From contig NZ_CP074694.1 in the NCBI RefSeq assembly GCF_018398935.1, positions 4,380,001 to 4,412,000 of the forward strand: 32,000 nt of DNA. Direction: 5' to 3'. The position numbers and the translations under genes are program-made. The DNA comes from Telmatocola sphagniphila. GTDB lineage: Bacteria; Planctomycetota; Planctomycetia; Gemmatales; Gemmataceae. Positions within the stretch are counted from its first letter, which is position 1; each line of letters starts with the position of its first letter. The notes beneath the pieces are model-generated. The model searched no databases and was not told where the DNA came from. It saw only the letters and a list, made by a program, of their open reading frames with translations. This document shows positions 9,663-19,429 of this stretch, piece after piece.

Positions 9663-10700
9663 TCAGGGCAACGGCACAATCTGGACGTTTCTATATCGGA
9701 TACTCTGATCGGCCTCGAAACTGACGGGTCCCAAAATCGTTTCGAAAGGCTTTTCTTTTTTCAATAATTCTTCCCGCATCCGGGCCGCGCTGCTCTGATT
9801 GGCGCGTACGATGGCTTCTGCGATGATCTCCAGGGCGGCATAGGTTTCGTAGAAAGTCGTTCCCGGTTCGGTACCAAATTTGTCCTGGTAGCGTTTGGCC
9901 AAAGCTTTCTGATCTGCCCGATACGATTCGAAATTCAGATTGTGTAGCGATATTCCATCTTTTTTCAGCTGCGTTTGAAGGTGTTTGAAGTTTTCCGACT
10001 CCAGGGCAATTGGTCCCAGGTAAAGAATCTGCAGTCCCTTCGCTGGCGTCTTGAAGCGGGAGTTGGGATCTTCGCCCGCGAGTAACCCCGTGACTTCGAA
10101 AAGGTCGCCCGAAAGAATCAGGATTTCAAAATCCTGGTTGACCAGTTTCAGTTCGCTGTGATCTGTGATCCGCTGACGGAGATCTCCGAAAAGTATCTGG
10201 GGATCTTCACTCTTATTATCTCGCAACGCAATCTTCTTCCGCGGAGATTGTTTGCCGATCCATTCCATGATTAGATCCACACTCTGCTTCGGCGAGGGTG
10301 ACAAATGGAACACATTCGGTTGGGTAACAGTACGCTCCGCTCGCGTCGGGCTCAGAGCGATAATCGGCTCCGAACTCAGACCGCGTATCATCGACTGCAC
10401 TTCCGATTCGACGCTGGCGCCGATCATAGCCGGAGGCTTGTTAAGCTGAGCCACGCGAATCGTTTGAGCTTCAAAATCCGAAGGTTCCGAGCGGGCTTCG
10501 ATTTCCACAACCTTGATCGGACGTCCCAGCGGCCATCCTTTCTCTTTCTTCTCCAGATCTTGCAGGGCAAATTCGACGGCCCGCAACTCTTCGGGCGCAG
10601 TATAAATTTGAGCCAGCACAATAGCTTCGGGCTTTGTTCCACCGCGGCAGCCGGTCGCTAGAATTAGCAAAAGTGGGAAAATACAGCGAATAAACCGCAT
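9663..10700 (-). CDS. putative periplasmic substrate-binding lipoprotein (type-1 PBP, LivK-like)
   Basis: 345 aa with a lipobox-like signal LLLILATGC. Length and beta-alpha alternation fit type-1 binding proteins. The family call is weak. Confidence 0.5.
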   Translation of the reverse strand: MRFIRCIFPLLLILATGCRGGTKPEAIVLAQIYTAPEELRAVEFALQDLEKKEKGWPLGRPIKVVEIEARSEPSDFEAQTIRVAQLNKPPAMIGASVESEVQSMIRGLSSEPIIALSPTRAERTVTQPNVFHLSPSPKQSVDLIMEWIGKQSPRKKIALRDNKSEDPQILFGDLRQRITDHSELKLVNQDFEILILSGDLFEVTGLLAGEDPNSRFKTPAKGLQILYLGPIALESENFKHLQTQLKKDGISLHNLNFESYRADQKALAKRYQDKFGTEPGTTFYETYAALEIIAEAIVRANQSSAARMREELLKKEKPFETILGPVSFEADQSIRYRNVQIVPLP

Positions 10701-10774
10701 AGGAACTCCGGGAAATCATTTCAACAAGTCTTAATTTAGCGGTGAAGTCCATTTCTCCAATGGGAGTAACACAC

Positions 10775-10788
10775 CTCACAATTGTGAG
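10775..10788. promoter_or_regulatory. perfect 14-bp palindrome in a divergent promoter region (candidate operator)
   Basis: ctcacaattgtgag reads identically on both strands. It lies between the start of the minus-strand binding protein gene (10700) and the kinase gene start (10911). Confidence 0.3.
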
Positions 10789-10910
10789 AGTTTGGTGTTT
10801 TTGATTTCAATTCGATGAGAATTCGAAACTTTTTGAATCGGAACTCGTTCAGATTAAAGTAGAATCGAAGGGATTATTTAGAATTCTTTAGAGGCAAGGA
10901 CTACTGCCGC

Positions 10911-12323
10911 ATGGCGGAGCAATCTCCGAGAACGATTCGGCTGCCGAAGATGAGTCGGGATGTATTCCTGGAACATCTGAAGCTGAGCGGCCTATTGGAC
11001 GGCAAGGACTTTGATACCGTCATCGGTGGGTTATCGAATGCTCCTCGGGGCCGGGTTCTGGCGCGCGAGCTCGTGGAAAAAGGCTACCTCACCCGCTTCC
11101 AGGCCGAACTTCTGCTGGCCGGTCGAACCCACGGTTTCATCCTCGGACAATACCGCATTCTCGAAGAGATTGGTCGGGGAGGCATGGGCCGGGTCTTCAA
11201 AGCCGAACACCAGACCATGAGCCGAGTGGTCGCTCTTAAGATTCTCGATCCCAAGCTGACCAAAACGGACCGGGCTCGCCTGCTGTTTCAACGCGAAGTC
11301 AAAGCGGCGGCGAAACTCAATCACCCCAACATAGTCACCGCCTTCGACGCCAATCAGATAGCCGATCGCTGCTATCTCGTGATGGAGTACGTCGATGGCC
11401 CGAACCTCAGCGACTTTGTCAAAAAACATGGTCCGCTCCCCGTGACCCAGGCGGCCGATTTCATTCGGCAAGCTGCTCTGGGACTGCAGTTCGCCCACGA
11501 TCTGGGTATGGTACACCGGGATATCAAGCCCGCTAACCTGCTCGTCCAGAAGAACACCAGTAAGTCCGCTGCAAACAGTTTTACAGTCAAGATTCTCGAT
11601 TTCGGTTTGGCTCGGTTGTCGACCTCCGACGATGGAACGATCGATAATTCCGAAACCATTCTGACCAATAAACAGTCGGTCATGGGCACGCCGGATTATC
11701 TGGCACCGGAACAGGCTCGAAATATCCATTCCGTCGATGCCCGCTCCGACCTCTATAGTCTGGGCTGTACCTTCTATTTCCTAGTTACTGGTCAGGTCCC
11801 CTTTGTCGGCGGTACTGCGTTCGAAAAACTGGTTCGCCACACCACGGAAATACCTCGCACCGCCCAACAGGTAAACCCCAGCGTTCCCGATGTGATTTCC
11901 GAAATCATCGAACGTTTGATGGCCAAAGATCCCGACGATCGCTTCCAATCGGGGGCGGAACTGGCCGCCGTGCTCTCTATGCTGGGACAGCCGGAACAGG
12001 GAAGTTGGATTGACGTGAAGCCACTGGCGCAGGAGTCGGAAATTTCCCTCGGCAGCAGCAACTTCCTGCCTCGACCCACCGAAATCGAGATCCCCAGTGA
12101 TATCGATGAACTCTGGGCGAGCCTCGAAGACGATCCCAGCAACGCCAGCACCAACACTTTAACGGGCGATCAGAGCAAAACGACGGTAAATAATACCGAT
12201 ACGATTCGTAAACTGAAGCACGCCGATCACTTGAACTGGATACTTACCGGCGTGATTCTTATCGTTCTGATTCTCGCCGTCCTTGGCATCCGGGCGCTCA
12301 CTCACCAGTTCGATAACGGCTGA
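10911..12323 (+). CDS. serine/threonine protein kinase with a C-terminal TM anchor
   Basis: GRGGMGRVFKA, VALK, HRDIKPANLL, DFGLAR and GTPDYLAPE. The C-terminal TM segment is ILTGVILIVLILAVLGI. Confidence 0.9.
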   Translation: MAEQSPRTIRLPKMSRDVFLEHLKLSGLLDGKDFDTVIGGLSNAPRGRVLARELVEKGYLTRFQAELLLAGRTHGFILGQYRILEEIGRGGMGRVFKAEHQTMSRVVALKILDPKLTKTDRARLLFQREVKAAAKLNHPNIVTAFDANQIADRCYLVMEYVDGPNLSDFVKKHGPLPVTQAADFIRQAALGLQFAHDLGMVHRDIKPANLLVQKNTSKSAANSFTVKILDFGLARLSTSDDGTIDNSETILTNKQSVMGTPDYLAPEQARNIHSVDARSDLYSLGCTFYFLVTGQVPFVGGTAFEKLVRHTTEIPRTAQQVNPSVPDVISEIIERLMAKDPDDRFQSGAELAAVLSMLGQPEQGSWIDVKPLAQESEISLGSSNFLPRPTEIEIPSDIDELWASLEDDPSNASTNTLTGDQSKTTVNNTDTIRKLKHADHLNWILTGVILIVLILAVLGIRALTHQFDNG

Positions 12324-12371
12324 TCTCTTCTTGACAGTCTTGAATTGAATCTCGCAGTACCAAATAGTACT

Positions 12372-13358
12372 TCAACTATTCGCGATCAACCGATCCAGCA
12401 CCCTTTGCATATCCGTCGGCAGTTCGCTCTCCCACTTCAGAGTTTGGCCCGTTGTGGGATGCGTTAAACCGAGAACCGCCGCATGCAGCAGCTGACGAGT
12501 GGCTCCGCTCTCGTCCGGAACCGGCTTACCATGAAGTGGACGATCGTAAATTTTTTCCCCGCAAAGCGGTGCGCCCGCTTCCCCCAGGTGAATGCGGACC
12601 TGATGGGTGCGGCCCGTTTCGAGTCGACACTCGACCAGCGCATAATCCCCGAAAGTCTGCTGCACATGGAAGTAGCTGACGGCTTTTTGAGCTCCCTCGG
12701 CCGATTCCGAACCGCTTCCTCGGCGGCCATCACCCCGATCGCGAACCAGATAACTTTCTAGCCGCCCTTCGGGAGGAACTCCGCGCGTCAAAGCGAGATA
12801 GCGGCGTTCCAGACGATGGGCCCGAAAGTCGTCTTCCAATTTCTGAGCAGTGGGCCGATTCCGGGCAAACACCACCAGACCACTGGTATCGCGATCGATG
12901 CGATGCACGGCCGTTACTTTGTGGTTGGGTTCGCCGAGCAATCCCGGTAGCAGATCCGCCAGAGTCGCCGGCAGAAACTTTCGCTTTCCTGCGCCAAACT
13001 CTTCCGCTTCCTCTCGATCTCTCATGGTGGTCAGACCGGCGGGCTTGTCCACGACTACCAGGTCGCCGTCCAGATAGACGATCTTTGGGGTGGGGCCTTC
13101 ATAGACGGGAGCCGTTCGTTCCGGGCGCGGAGCAACGGGCCTGGGTCGAGATGAAGTGTGCTGCGCGGGTTCGCGCACCTCGATTTGGGCGCCGATCTTG
13201 GGCCGCTGATCGACTTGACGGCACTTTTGACCATTAATGAAAACCTTGTCGGTTTCAATAAGGGTCTTCGCCTGCGACCAGGACAGGGAGAGTTTTCGGC
13301 GCAAGAAGGCTGCCAGCGTCAACTGGCGGTCTTCCCGTTCAAAAGCAAAGGTTGGCAT
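12372..13358 (-). CDS. RluA-family (RluC/D-like) 23S rRNA pseudouridine synthase with an S4 domain
   Basis: HRIDRDTSGLVVFA catalytic Asp motif, RRYLALTRG and GRTHQVRIHL. The N-terminus is S4-like (LAAFLRRKLSLSWSQAKTLI). Confidence 0.9.
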   Translation of the reverse strand: MPTFAFEREDRQLTLAAFLRRKLSLSWSQAKTLIETDKVFINGQKCRQVDQRPKIGAQIEVREPAQHTSSRPRPVAPRPERTAPVYEGPTPKIVYLDGDLVVVDKPAGLTTMRDREEAEEFGAGKRKFLPATLADLLPGLLGEPNHKVTAVHRIDRDTSGLVVFARNRPTAQKLEDDFRAHRLERRYLALTRGVPPEGRLESYLVRDRGDGRRGSGSESAEGAQKAVSYFHVQQTFGDYALVECRLETGRTHQVRIHLGEAGAPLCGEKIYDRPLHGKPVPDESGATRQLLHAAVLGLTHPTTGQTLKWESELPTDMQRVLDRLIANS

Positions 13359-14122
13359 CAGTCGGAAATATCGAATTCGGATTTTTCCACTTTGTCGAGT
13401 AGCTTGAGTTCGGTGGTGGTAGATTCCATGAACTTGGCGCCGTCGTGAAGCACTTTCGACTTCATGGGCATCATCACTCCGTCGACCTTTTTGTAATCGC
13501 TCAGGAAATATTCCTGATTGCCTTCTTTTTGTTCGGTATTCAAACCGCGTTTTTCCATCTTGGTTACCAGGTAGGTCTTGGTGTCAATATAGATCTTGGT
13601 ATCCTTCAGACCTTTGGCTTTAATGAGTACCACGTAAGCTTCGCTGTCCGCCACCTTTGCTTTTTCCGGCAGCAGGGTGACTTCGAAAGCTTTGTCTTCG
13701 AGGAGCGGGGTCAGCTGTCCGATCTGATGCAGAATCAGGCTTTCTTTCAATTCGCCCTTATTCGCTTCATCCACTGGCATTTCCATGCCGTTGGCGACCA
13801 TGCGCATTTTATCGCCGTTGACCACTTGCACCATCTTGACCTTCTGGCCCATGAATTCGACGTTAACGATCGTCTTCATCTTGTCGGGATTCAGATAAAC
13901 CGACTCGGAGGTGAAGGCCACTTCCAACTCGTTTATTTCGATGGTACCTTTGGTCTTCTCGCGAGCGGCAGGATATTTCTTTACGGCTTCCGCGCCCCCG
14001 CTGGCTTCGATTGCCTTCTTCAGAACCGCTTCTTTATCCAGCTTGTCTTGAGCGGAACTTCGGGCCGTCAGTCCGAGGCTTACCGCACCGACGACGAATA
14101 AACAGATCGCTCGGCGAATCAT
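13358..14122 (-). CDS. secreted hypothetical protein (possibly LolA-fold like)
   Basis: 254 aa with signal peptide MIRRAICLFVVGAVSLGLTARSSA and a Lys/Glu-rich beta-type sequence. Its stop shares 1 nt with the start of the downstream synthase gene (TGATG). Confidence 0.6.
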   Translation of the reverse strand: MIRRAICLFVVGAVSLGLTARSSAQDKLDKEAVLKKAIEASGGAEAVKKYPAAREKTKGTIEINELEVAFTSESVYLNPDKMKTIVNVEFMGQKVKMVQVVNGDKMRMVANGMEMPVDEANKGELKESLILHQIGQLTPLLEDKAFEVTLLPEKAKVADSEAYVVLIKAKGLKDTKIYIDTKTYLVTKMEKRGLNTEQKEGNQEYFLSDYKKVDGVMMPMKSKVLHDGAKFMESTTTELKLLDKVEKSEFDISD

Positions 14123-14215
14123 AAACTCTCCTGTGGTGGTAGGTTTCTTACTTGAATATTCTCATTATAAAACCGGGCATTTGAAAATCCCGCAAAAACA
14201 AACTCTCAGGCGGAT

Positions 14216-14614
14216 ATGCATACCATTACTCTCTCGACGCAGACGCGGTTTCAATTTCTGGAAATCACTTCCGAAATTCAGCGAATCGTGCAGGAGGTCC
14301 GGCTGGTTTCGGGGCTGGTCTGCGTTTACACCCTGCACACTACGGCCGCGATAACCATCAACGAGAACGCCGACCCCGACGTCGTTCACGATATGAAACT
14401 GTGGATTCAGAAAACCATTCCACAGCTCCAAACCGGCTTCCGGCACGGCGAGGGAAACAGCGATTCCCACATTATGGCCAGCCTCGTCGGCACCAGTGAG
14501 ACGATTATCGTCGAAAAGGGCCAACTGGTTTTGGGAACCTGGCAGGGAATTTATTTTTGCGAGTTCGATGGCCCGCGAACCCGAAAAGTCCACATCAAAT
14601 GCATGGCAGGTTGA
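14216..14614 (+). CDS. YjbQ/UPF0047 family protein (secondary thiamine-phosphate synthase-like)
   Basis: 132 aa. FLEITSEIQRIV..GLVCVYTLHTTAAITINENADPDVVHDM and SLVGTSETIIVEKGQLVLGTWQGIYFCEFDGPR match the YjbQ family pattern. Confidence 0.85.
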   Translation: MHTITLSTQTRFQFLEITSEIQRIVQEVRLVSGLVCVYTLHTTAAITINENADPDVVHDMKLWIQKTIPQLQTGFRHGEGNSDSHIMASLVGTSETIIVEKGQLVLGTWQGIYFCEFDGPRTRKVHIKCMAG

Positions 14615-14664
14615 GACGAACTCGGTAAAGTAAGAGTAGAATTCAAGGAACGGAAATTCCCCCC

Positions 14665-15366
14665 ATGAACCTGCTGGATGCCGATCTGCTGGCAGAGACC
14701 GCCAAATTATCCCCGCCGGCGCTCGGTTTCGGGCTGACCGTGGGCGTGCTGGTCTGGTTGTTCGGCTGGCGCTGGCATCGATTCTGGGTGGTTCTGACGA
14801 TCACGATTATCGGCGGCTTGGCCGGCCTGCGGACCGGTCAAATCGTCGGTGGGCACATGCTGGCTTTCGGACTGCTCCTGGCCATCAGCGCCGGGCTATT
14901 GGCTCTCGAACTGGCTCGCTTGCTCTCCTTTCTGATTGGCGGGGTGCTGTGTGCTCTGATTGTGCAGAACTATTTTCCGGAAGGGCAGGAACGCTGGCTG
15001 GCTTTCCTGGTTGGCGGACTGTTTTCGGTACTGCTCTACCGGCTCGGCACGATGGCCATCAGCAGTTTTTCCGGCACCCTGCTGGCCCTTTACTGCGGGG
15101 CCGGCTGGCTGCTTCAGAATCAGCCCCAGGCGGATTGGACGGAAAAGAATCGCGTACTCTTTCATGCGATTCTGATTTCTTCCACCCTCGTCGGCGTGCT
15201 GGTTCAAACTTTGATGGAACGTTGGGTCAAACGACGGGCCCAGAGAAAGAAAGATCTGGCGGAACAAAAACTCAAAGACGCCGAGCGGGAACGCAAATAC
15301 GGCCTACCCGATTTGGCCGATCCCAAAAAAATGCTGGAGCGACTGACCAGCCGACCCGGAGACTAA
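14665..15366 (+). CDS. hypothetical polytopic membrane protein
   Basis: 233 aa with at least 6 hydrophobic spans and a charged C-terminal tail (KRRAQRKKDLAEQKLKDAERERK). No family recognised. Confidence 0.6.
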   Translation: MNLLDADLLAETAKLSPPALGFGLTVGVLVWLFGWRWHRFWVVLTITIIGGLAGLRTGQIVGGHMLAFGLLLAISAGLLALELARLLSFLIGGVLCALIVQNYFPEGQERWLAFLVGGLFSVLLYRLGTMAISSFSGTLLALYCGAGWLLQNQPQADWTEKNRVLFHAILISSTLVGVLVQTLMERWVKRRAQRKKDLAEQKLKDAERERKYGLPDLADPKKMLERLTSRPGD

Positions 15367-15372
15367 TCGACC

Positions 15373-15654
15373 ATGCGACGCATTATCGCACTTGCTTTCG
15401 CCGTAATCATTCTGGCCGCACTCTCTTCCCCCGCTTCGGCGCGCCAGGATGCCAAAGGGGATAAGGGAGAAAATAAAGGGGCCAACAAGGTGGAGGCCGG
15501 GATGGTGCCCACTTATGTCGGGCCGGCGCCGACGGGAAGTGAAGACAACAAGCTGATGCCGGTGCCTTCCATCGCGCTAGCCGCCATAGCGGCCATCCTG
15601 ATCGTCGGTTCTTTGTGCATTCCCATTCGCCGCGAAGAATCCAGCGACGATTAA
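15373..15654 (+). CDS. small secreted/anchored hypothetical protein
   Basis: 93 aa with signal peptide MRRIIALAFAVIILAALSSPASA and a C-terminal TM segment. It starts 6 nt after the previous stop. Confidence 0.45.
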   Translation: MRRIIALAFAVIILAALSSPASARQDAKGDKGENKGANKVEAGMVPTYVGPAPTGSEDNKLMPVPSIALAAIAAILIVGSLCIPIRREESSDD

Positions 15655-15670
15655 AACCGCAACGGAAATC

Positions 15671-16774
15671 ATGCCGAGCGTCGACCAAATTTCCCGAGAA
15701 CTGGACTCTTTCGCGCCCCCGGCGCTGGCGGCCGAGTGGGACAATACCGGCCTTCTTCTGGGCGATGCGGCGCTGGAAGTCCACCGGGTCATGACTTGCC
15801 TGACCCTCACCCGGGACGTCGCCGAGGAAGCAATCGCTTCCAATGTGCAGCTGATAGTCACCCACCATCCCATCCTCTTTAAAGCGATCAAAAATCTTTC
15901 CAGCCAGAACCGCGATGGCCATCTGCTGCTGCGTTTGGCTCGGGCCGGGATCGCGGTCTATTCGCCGCATACCCGCTTCGACAACGCCGTCGATGGCATC
16001 AATGCCCGTATCGCCCGGCAGCTGGGTCTGGAACAGATTCAACCGCTGCGAATCCGTACAGGAAACGATCAGTACAAACTCGTCGTCTTCGTCCCCGAAA
16101 CCGATCTGGAACGCGTCTCCAGGGCAATGTTCGATGCGGGCGCGGGTCAGATCGGCGAGTACAGCGAATGTAGCTTTCGGCTGCCGGGCGTAGGCACCTT
16201 CCGAGGCTCGCCTGCGAGTAATCCCACGATAGGCGCAAAAGAAAATTTCGAACTGGTAGCGGAAATCCGCCTGGAAGTGATTTGCCAGGCCCGGTTGCTG
16301 GAAAGCATCGTAAGTGCCATGTGCAAAGCGCACTCCTACGAAGAACCGGCCTACGACCTCTATCCCCTGAAAACCGTTTCGCCGCGATCCGGGGAAGGAC
16401 GACTCGGCTGCCTGCCGGAAAAGCAGCCTTTCGAAAGCCTGTTCGAGTTGGCCAAGAAAATATTCCACGTTCAGCAACTCCAGATAGTGGGCGGCCAAGA
16501 AACTCCGATTCGAAAAGTGGCGATCGCCTGCGGGGCTGCTGGAGAGTTTCTCTCTGATGCCCTCCGAAAAAGAGCCGATCTATTTATCACTGGTGAAATG
16601 CGCTTCCATGAGTTACTGGCGGCCCGTACAGCCGGCATCGTGGTGCTGATGCCGGGTCACTATGCCAGCGAACGGCCCGCCATCGAACAACTGGCCGAGT
16701 GGTTGAGCGGAAAATTCCCGGGAATTCAGGCCTTTCCCAGCCGGTGCGAATCCGATCCGCTCCGTTACGCCTGA
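15671..16774 (+). CDS. Nif3-like dinuclear metal centre protein (YbgI / GTP cyclohydrolase 1 type 2 homologue)
   Basis: AAEWDNTGLLLGD, VTHHPILFKAIK, an inserted PII-like domain, and a C-terminal ITGEMRFHE..PGHYASER. Confidence 0.9.
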   Translation: MPSVDQISRELDSFAPPALAAEWDNTGLLLGDAALEVHRVMTCLTLTRDVAEEAIASNVQLIVTHHPILFKAIKNLSSQNRDGHLLLRLARAGIAVYSPHTRFDNAVDGINARIARQLGLEQIQPLRIRTGNDQYKLVVFVPETDLERVSRAMFDAGAGQIGEYSECSFRLPGVGTFRGSPASNPTIGAKENFELVAEIRLEVICQARLLESIVSAMCKAHSYEEPAYDLYPLKTVSPRSGEGRLGCLPEKQPFESLFELAKKIFHVQQLQIVGGQETPIRKVAIACGAAGEFLSDALRKRADLFITGEMRFHELLAARTAGIVVLMPGHYASERPAIEQLAEWLSGKFPGIQAFPSRCESDPLRYA

Positions 16775-16851
16775 TCGATTGAACTTGTTTATTTTCCCCC
16801 ATTCTGCTTTAAGTTCAGTTACAACGGGCGATTCTCCAGGAGGGAGATACT

Positions 16852-17088
16852 ATGCGCAGAGGTCAGTGGACGGCCGGCTTGCTGGGACTGGGAATATTCG
16901 CGTTCTGGATTTTACGAACGGCGAGTGGCGACAAATCCGCACACGCTCAAGAACTGCAACTGGCCGGTAATGTTGCTGAAGTCAAAGAAACGGAAAGTGA
17001 TCCCGCTCCTTCGGAACATGAAATGGCTGAGTATCGCTATCGAATGAATATGCCCCGGCACTGGCGATACGTGATGCTGAGGCGATAA
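16852..17088 (+). CDS. small secreted hypothetical protein
   Basis: 78 aa. GGAGGGAG lies upstream of the ATG and there is an N-terminal hydrophobic signal-like segment. Confidence 0.45.
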   Translation: MRRGQWTAGLLGLGIFAFWILRTASGDKSAHAQELQLAGNVAEVKETESDPAPSEHEMAEYRYRMNMPRHWRYVMLRR

Positions 17089-17119
17089 CACTTCTTTTAG
17101 CAGGCCGACCCGCCCCCCT

Positions 17120-18796
17120 TTAGGGTTTCGCGGGTGACAATCCGGCGGCTCCTCCGTTAATGTTCGTTACCATATCCCGATGCAGTGGTTCCTGCTGGCC
17201 CAGATGATCGGCCCACAAGTAAATTTTGAAGAGCGCTTCCCCACTCGTTTTCGCCTTGGCTTTGAAGGTGAACTTCTGCTCTTTACCAGCCGGTAGATCG
17301 AGTGCATCGAACGTAATTCCATTCGCCGTGGCCTTGAAATGAGCGGGAGTGGCCTCTTCCTGGAACTCGATCTCCGGCGGCAGGTCGATCTTAACCGTAA
17401 CTCTCTTAGCGGGTCCATCCCCCCCATTTTTGACGGTGATCGTTCCGGTAATGTCATCGCCGACTTTACAATTGGTCGTTCCCTCGCTGGTCCAGTTCAG
17501 AGTCGGCGAGCCATAAAACTCCGTGGTGATCGTCTTCTGGAAATCCTGTCCCGGATTGGCCCGCACCGCGAAAGTGATGGCCCGCGAACCCTCTTTACTC
17601 GCCTCCACCGTCAGACGAAGCTTTTTTTCCTCCTGCGGTTTCAGGCTGGGTAACACCCACTGAACCGAGTCGGGGAACATTTGACTTCCGCTGGAAGTCC
17701 TCGTGGCCTTGACGTCACCGGGAAGACTGCAGTTCACCAGCACATTCTTCAACTCGGCGGTGCCGGTATTCTTGACCATCACGAAGTAAGGGGTCGCCGT
17801 GTTGATCATCGCACGCTGGTTATCGGAAGAGAGAGCGACATCCAGCTTGGCATCGGTAACCTTCACCGACCAGTTGTTCACATTCGAAACCCCGTTTGCC
17901 GAGACCTGATATTTACTGTTGGCCACATCTCCTGAAGCGATCAACTGATATTCGATGACGCGCGTCTGCCCCGGCTTCAGAACATCGATTTTCCACGACA
18001 GCGTTTTAAGGTCTTCCTTCACCGGTTTTGGCGAAGGAGCTTTCTTGGTATCGAGAACGAGCCCCTCGTCGAGTATATCATCGACCAGGATATCGTTAAT
18101 GGTCACTTTGCCGGTGTTCTGCAATTCGAGACGGCAGGCGAACGGCACGCCACGAATAATTTTCGAGGAGGCTTTTTTGTGTACCACCAGTCCCGGTTTC
18201 GAAAGTGCTGTCTGGACCACCACGCCATGTTCGAAGGTAACCTTGCTCACGAACTTGATATCTGTAGCGTCGGGTTCCGGCTTCAGAACCACTTCCACCT
18301 GCTTGCTGGCTCCCATTTTCAGAGTTCCGATTTTGATCCGGCCATCCGGGGGCAGAGGCTTTCCTTCCTCCTTGCCTTCGATTTTGTAACTCACTCCAGT
18401 CGTTCCTTTGGGGGCCGGGCAGATCAAGAAGACTTCGTAAGCATCGGCGGCCGAGCGGTTGGAGGCGCGGACGATATACTTGACCTCTTTTTCTTTTTGG
18501 GCATGCGCCGGGCCGATCACCATGAGCGAAACGGCGGGCGTCGGCAACTGCTCGCCCATGAAACTGCTGGGAGCCGTGAAGGGCGAGCTGTTGGGAACCG
18601 GATTCATCGGGACCTGCCCGGCCACCGGCTGAATGGCCCCGGGCTCTTCGGAGGAGTCCGCTCGAGGTGGCTCCGGAGTTTCTAGAACGTTTCGGGGCAG
18701 CCTGGATGGTTCCTGAAATTGGCCAGCGAACGTTCGCGAACTCAGGGCGAGCAAGGCGACCAAGGGTAACAGAGTTGTCAATCGCACGGGTGCCAT
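17120..18796 (-). CDS. secreted DUF11 (conserved repeat domain) protein
   Basis: Repeated beta-sandwich modules carry DUF11-like signatures: RLELQNTGKVTINDILVDDILDEGL, FVMVKNTGTAELKNVLVNCSLPGDV and TITVKNGGDGPAKRVTVKIDLPPEI. I prefer the start at MAPVRLTTLLPLVALLALSS (signal peptide); the tracked ORF extends to 18859. Confidence 0.75.
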   Translation of the reverse strand: MAPVRLTTLLPLVALLALSSRTFAGQFQEPSRLPRNVLETPEPPRADSSEEPGAIQPVAGQVPMNPVPNSSPFTAPSSFMGEQLPTPAVSLMVIGPAHAQKEKEVKYIVRASNRSAADAYEVFLICPAPKGTTGVSYKIEGKEEGKPLPPDGRIKIGTLKMGASKQVEVVLKPEPDATDIKFVSKVTFEHGVVVQTALSKPGLVVHKKASSKIIRGVPFACRLELQNTGKVTINDILVDDILDEGLVLDTKKAPSPKPVKEDLKTLSWKIDVLKPGQTRVIEYQLIASGDVANSKYQVSANGVSNVNNWSVKVTDAKLDVALSSDNQRAMINTATPYFVMVKNTGTAELKNVLVNCSLPGDVKATRTSSGSQMFPDSVQWVLPSLKPQEEKKLRLTVEASKEGSRAITFAVRANPGQDFQKTITTEFYGSPTLNWTSEGTTNCKVGDDITGTITVKNGGDGPAKRVTVKIDLPPEIEFQEEATPAHFKATANGITFDALDLPAGKEQKFTFKAKAKTSGEALFKIYLWADHLGQQEPLHRDMVTNINGGAAGLSPAKP

Positions 18797-19429
18797 CCTT
18801 GGTACCTCAGGGGATTCCGAAATCGAGAACAGTATGCCCAGCATACCACTCCTGTGCAATTTCTGAAAAGGTCACTTTCAATTTCGCCAGATTCGCAAGA
18901 AAACCGAGGAGCCAATTCCTCGGGTTCGCTGAACCCCGATAAGGCAGGCAAGTTGAGAAATGTAGGCATTTAACCGTAAAGGTCATCAGATCATCAATAT
19001 TCACATAGTGGAAACGGGCAAAATGATGACCTTACTAGGCATTTTCAGGACGCTAACTCTTGCGAATTGCTGCAAATCGGTCAAAAACGAGCTCAAATTT
19101 GGACGCAGCAAACAGCCAACAGGCGCGATTCTCAAGTTACCTCGGATTCGGACAACTCGGGCTCGAAAAAGGCTTTTTGGAGCCGCGTTTCATTAGAACA
19201 TAATTCGATGCTGCAGACAATCTAGGAGGAGGGGGAATGCCCGATCTTTTCAACTTGCATGGGCGGAGCCAATGGCACCCCAAAACGCAAAGATTTCTCG
19301 GGAAAAATGGAGTTCAACTAGGGCCGCACTGAATTGCCTCTTTCTCCTACAATCCCCGGTTCTGCCTTGACTGTTTGCCCATTTTCGCAAAAGATGATCT
19401 CACTAATAGTTTCACCGGGAGTACCCTGC

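Noticed and set aside
13445-14101. 218-aa His/Phe-rich ORF on the plus strand
   Set aside because: It is antisense to the 254-aa secreted protein gene, which has a proper signal peptide and a 1-nt stop/start junction with the downstream synthase gene.
15407-16498. 363-aa ORF on the minus strand
   Set aside because: It is antisense to the well-supported NIF3-family gene and the small upstream ORF. I recognised no motifs, so it is a shadow frame.
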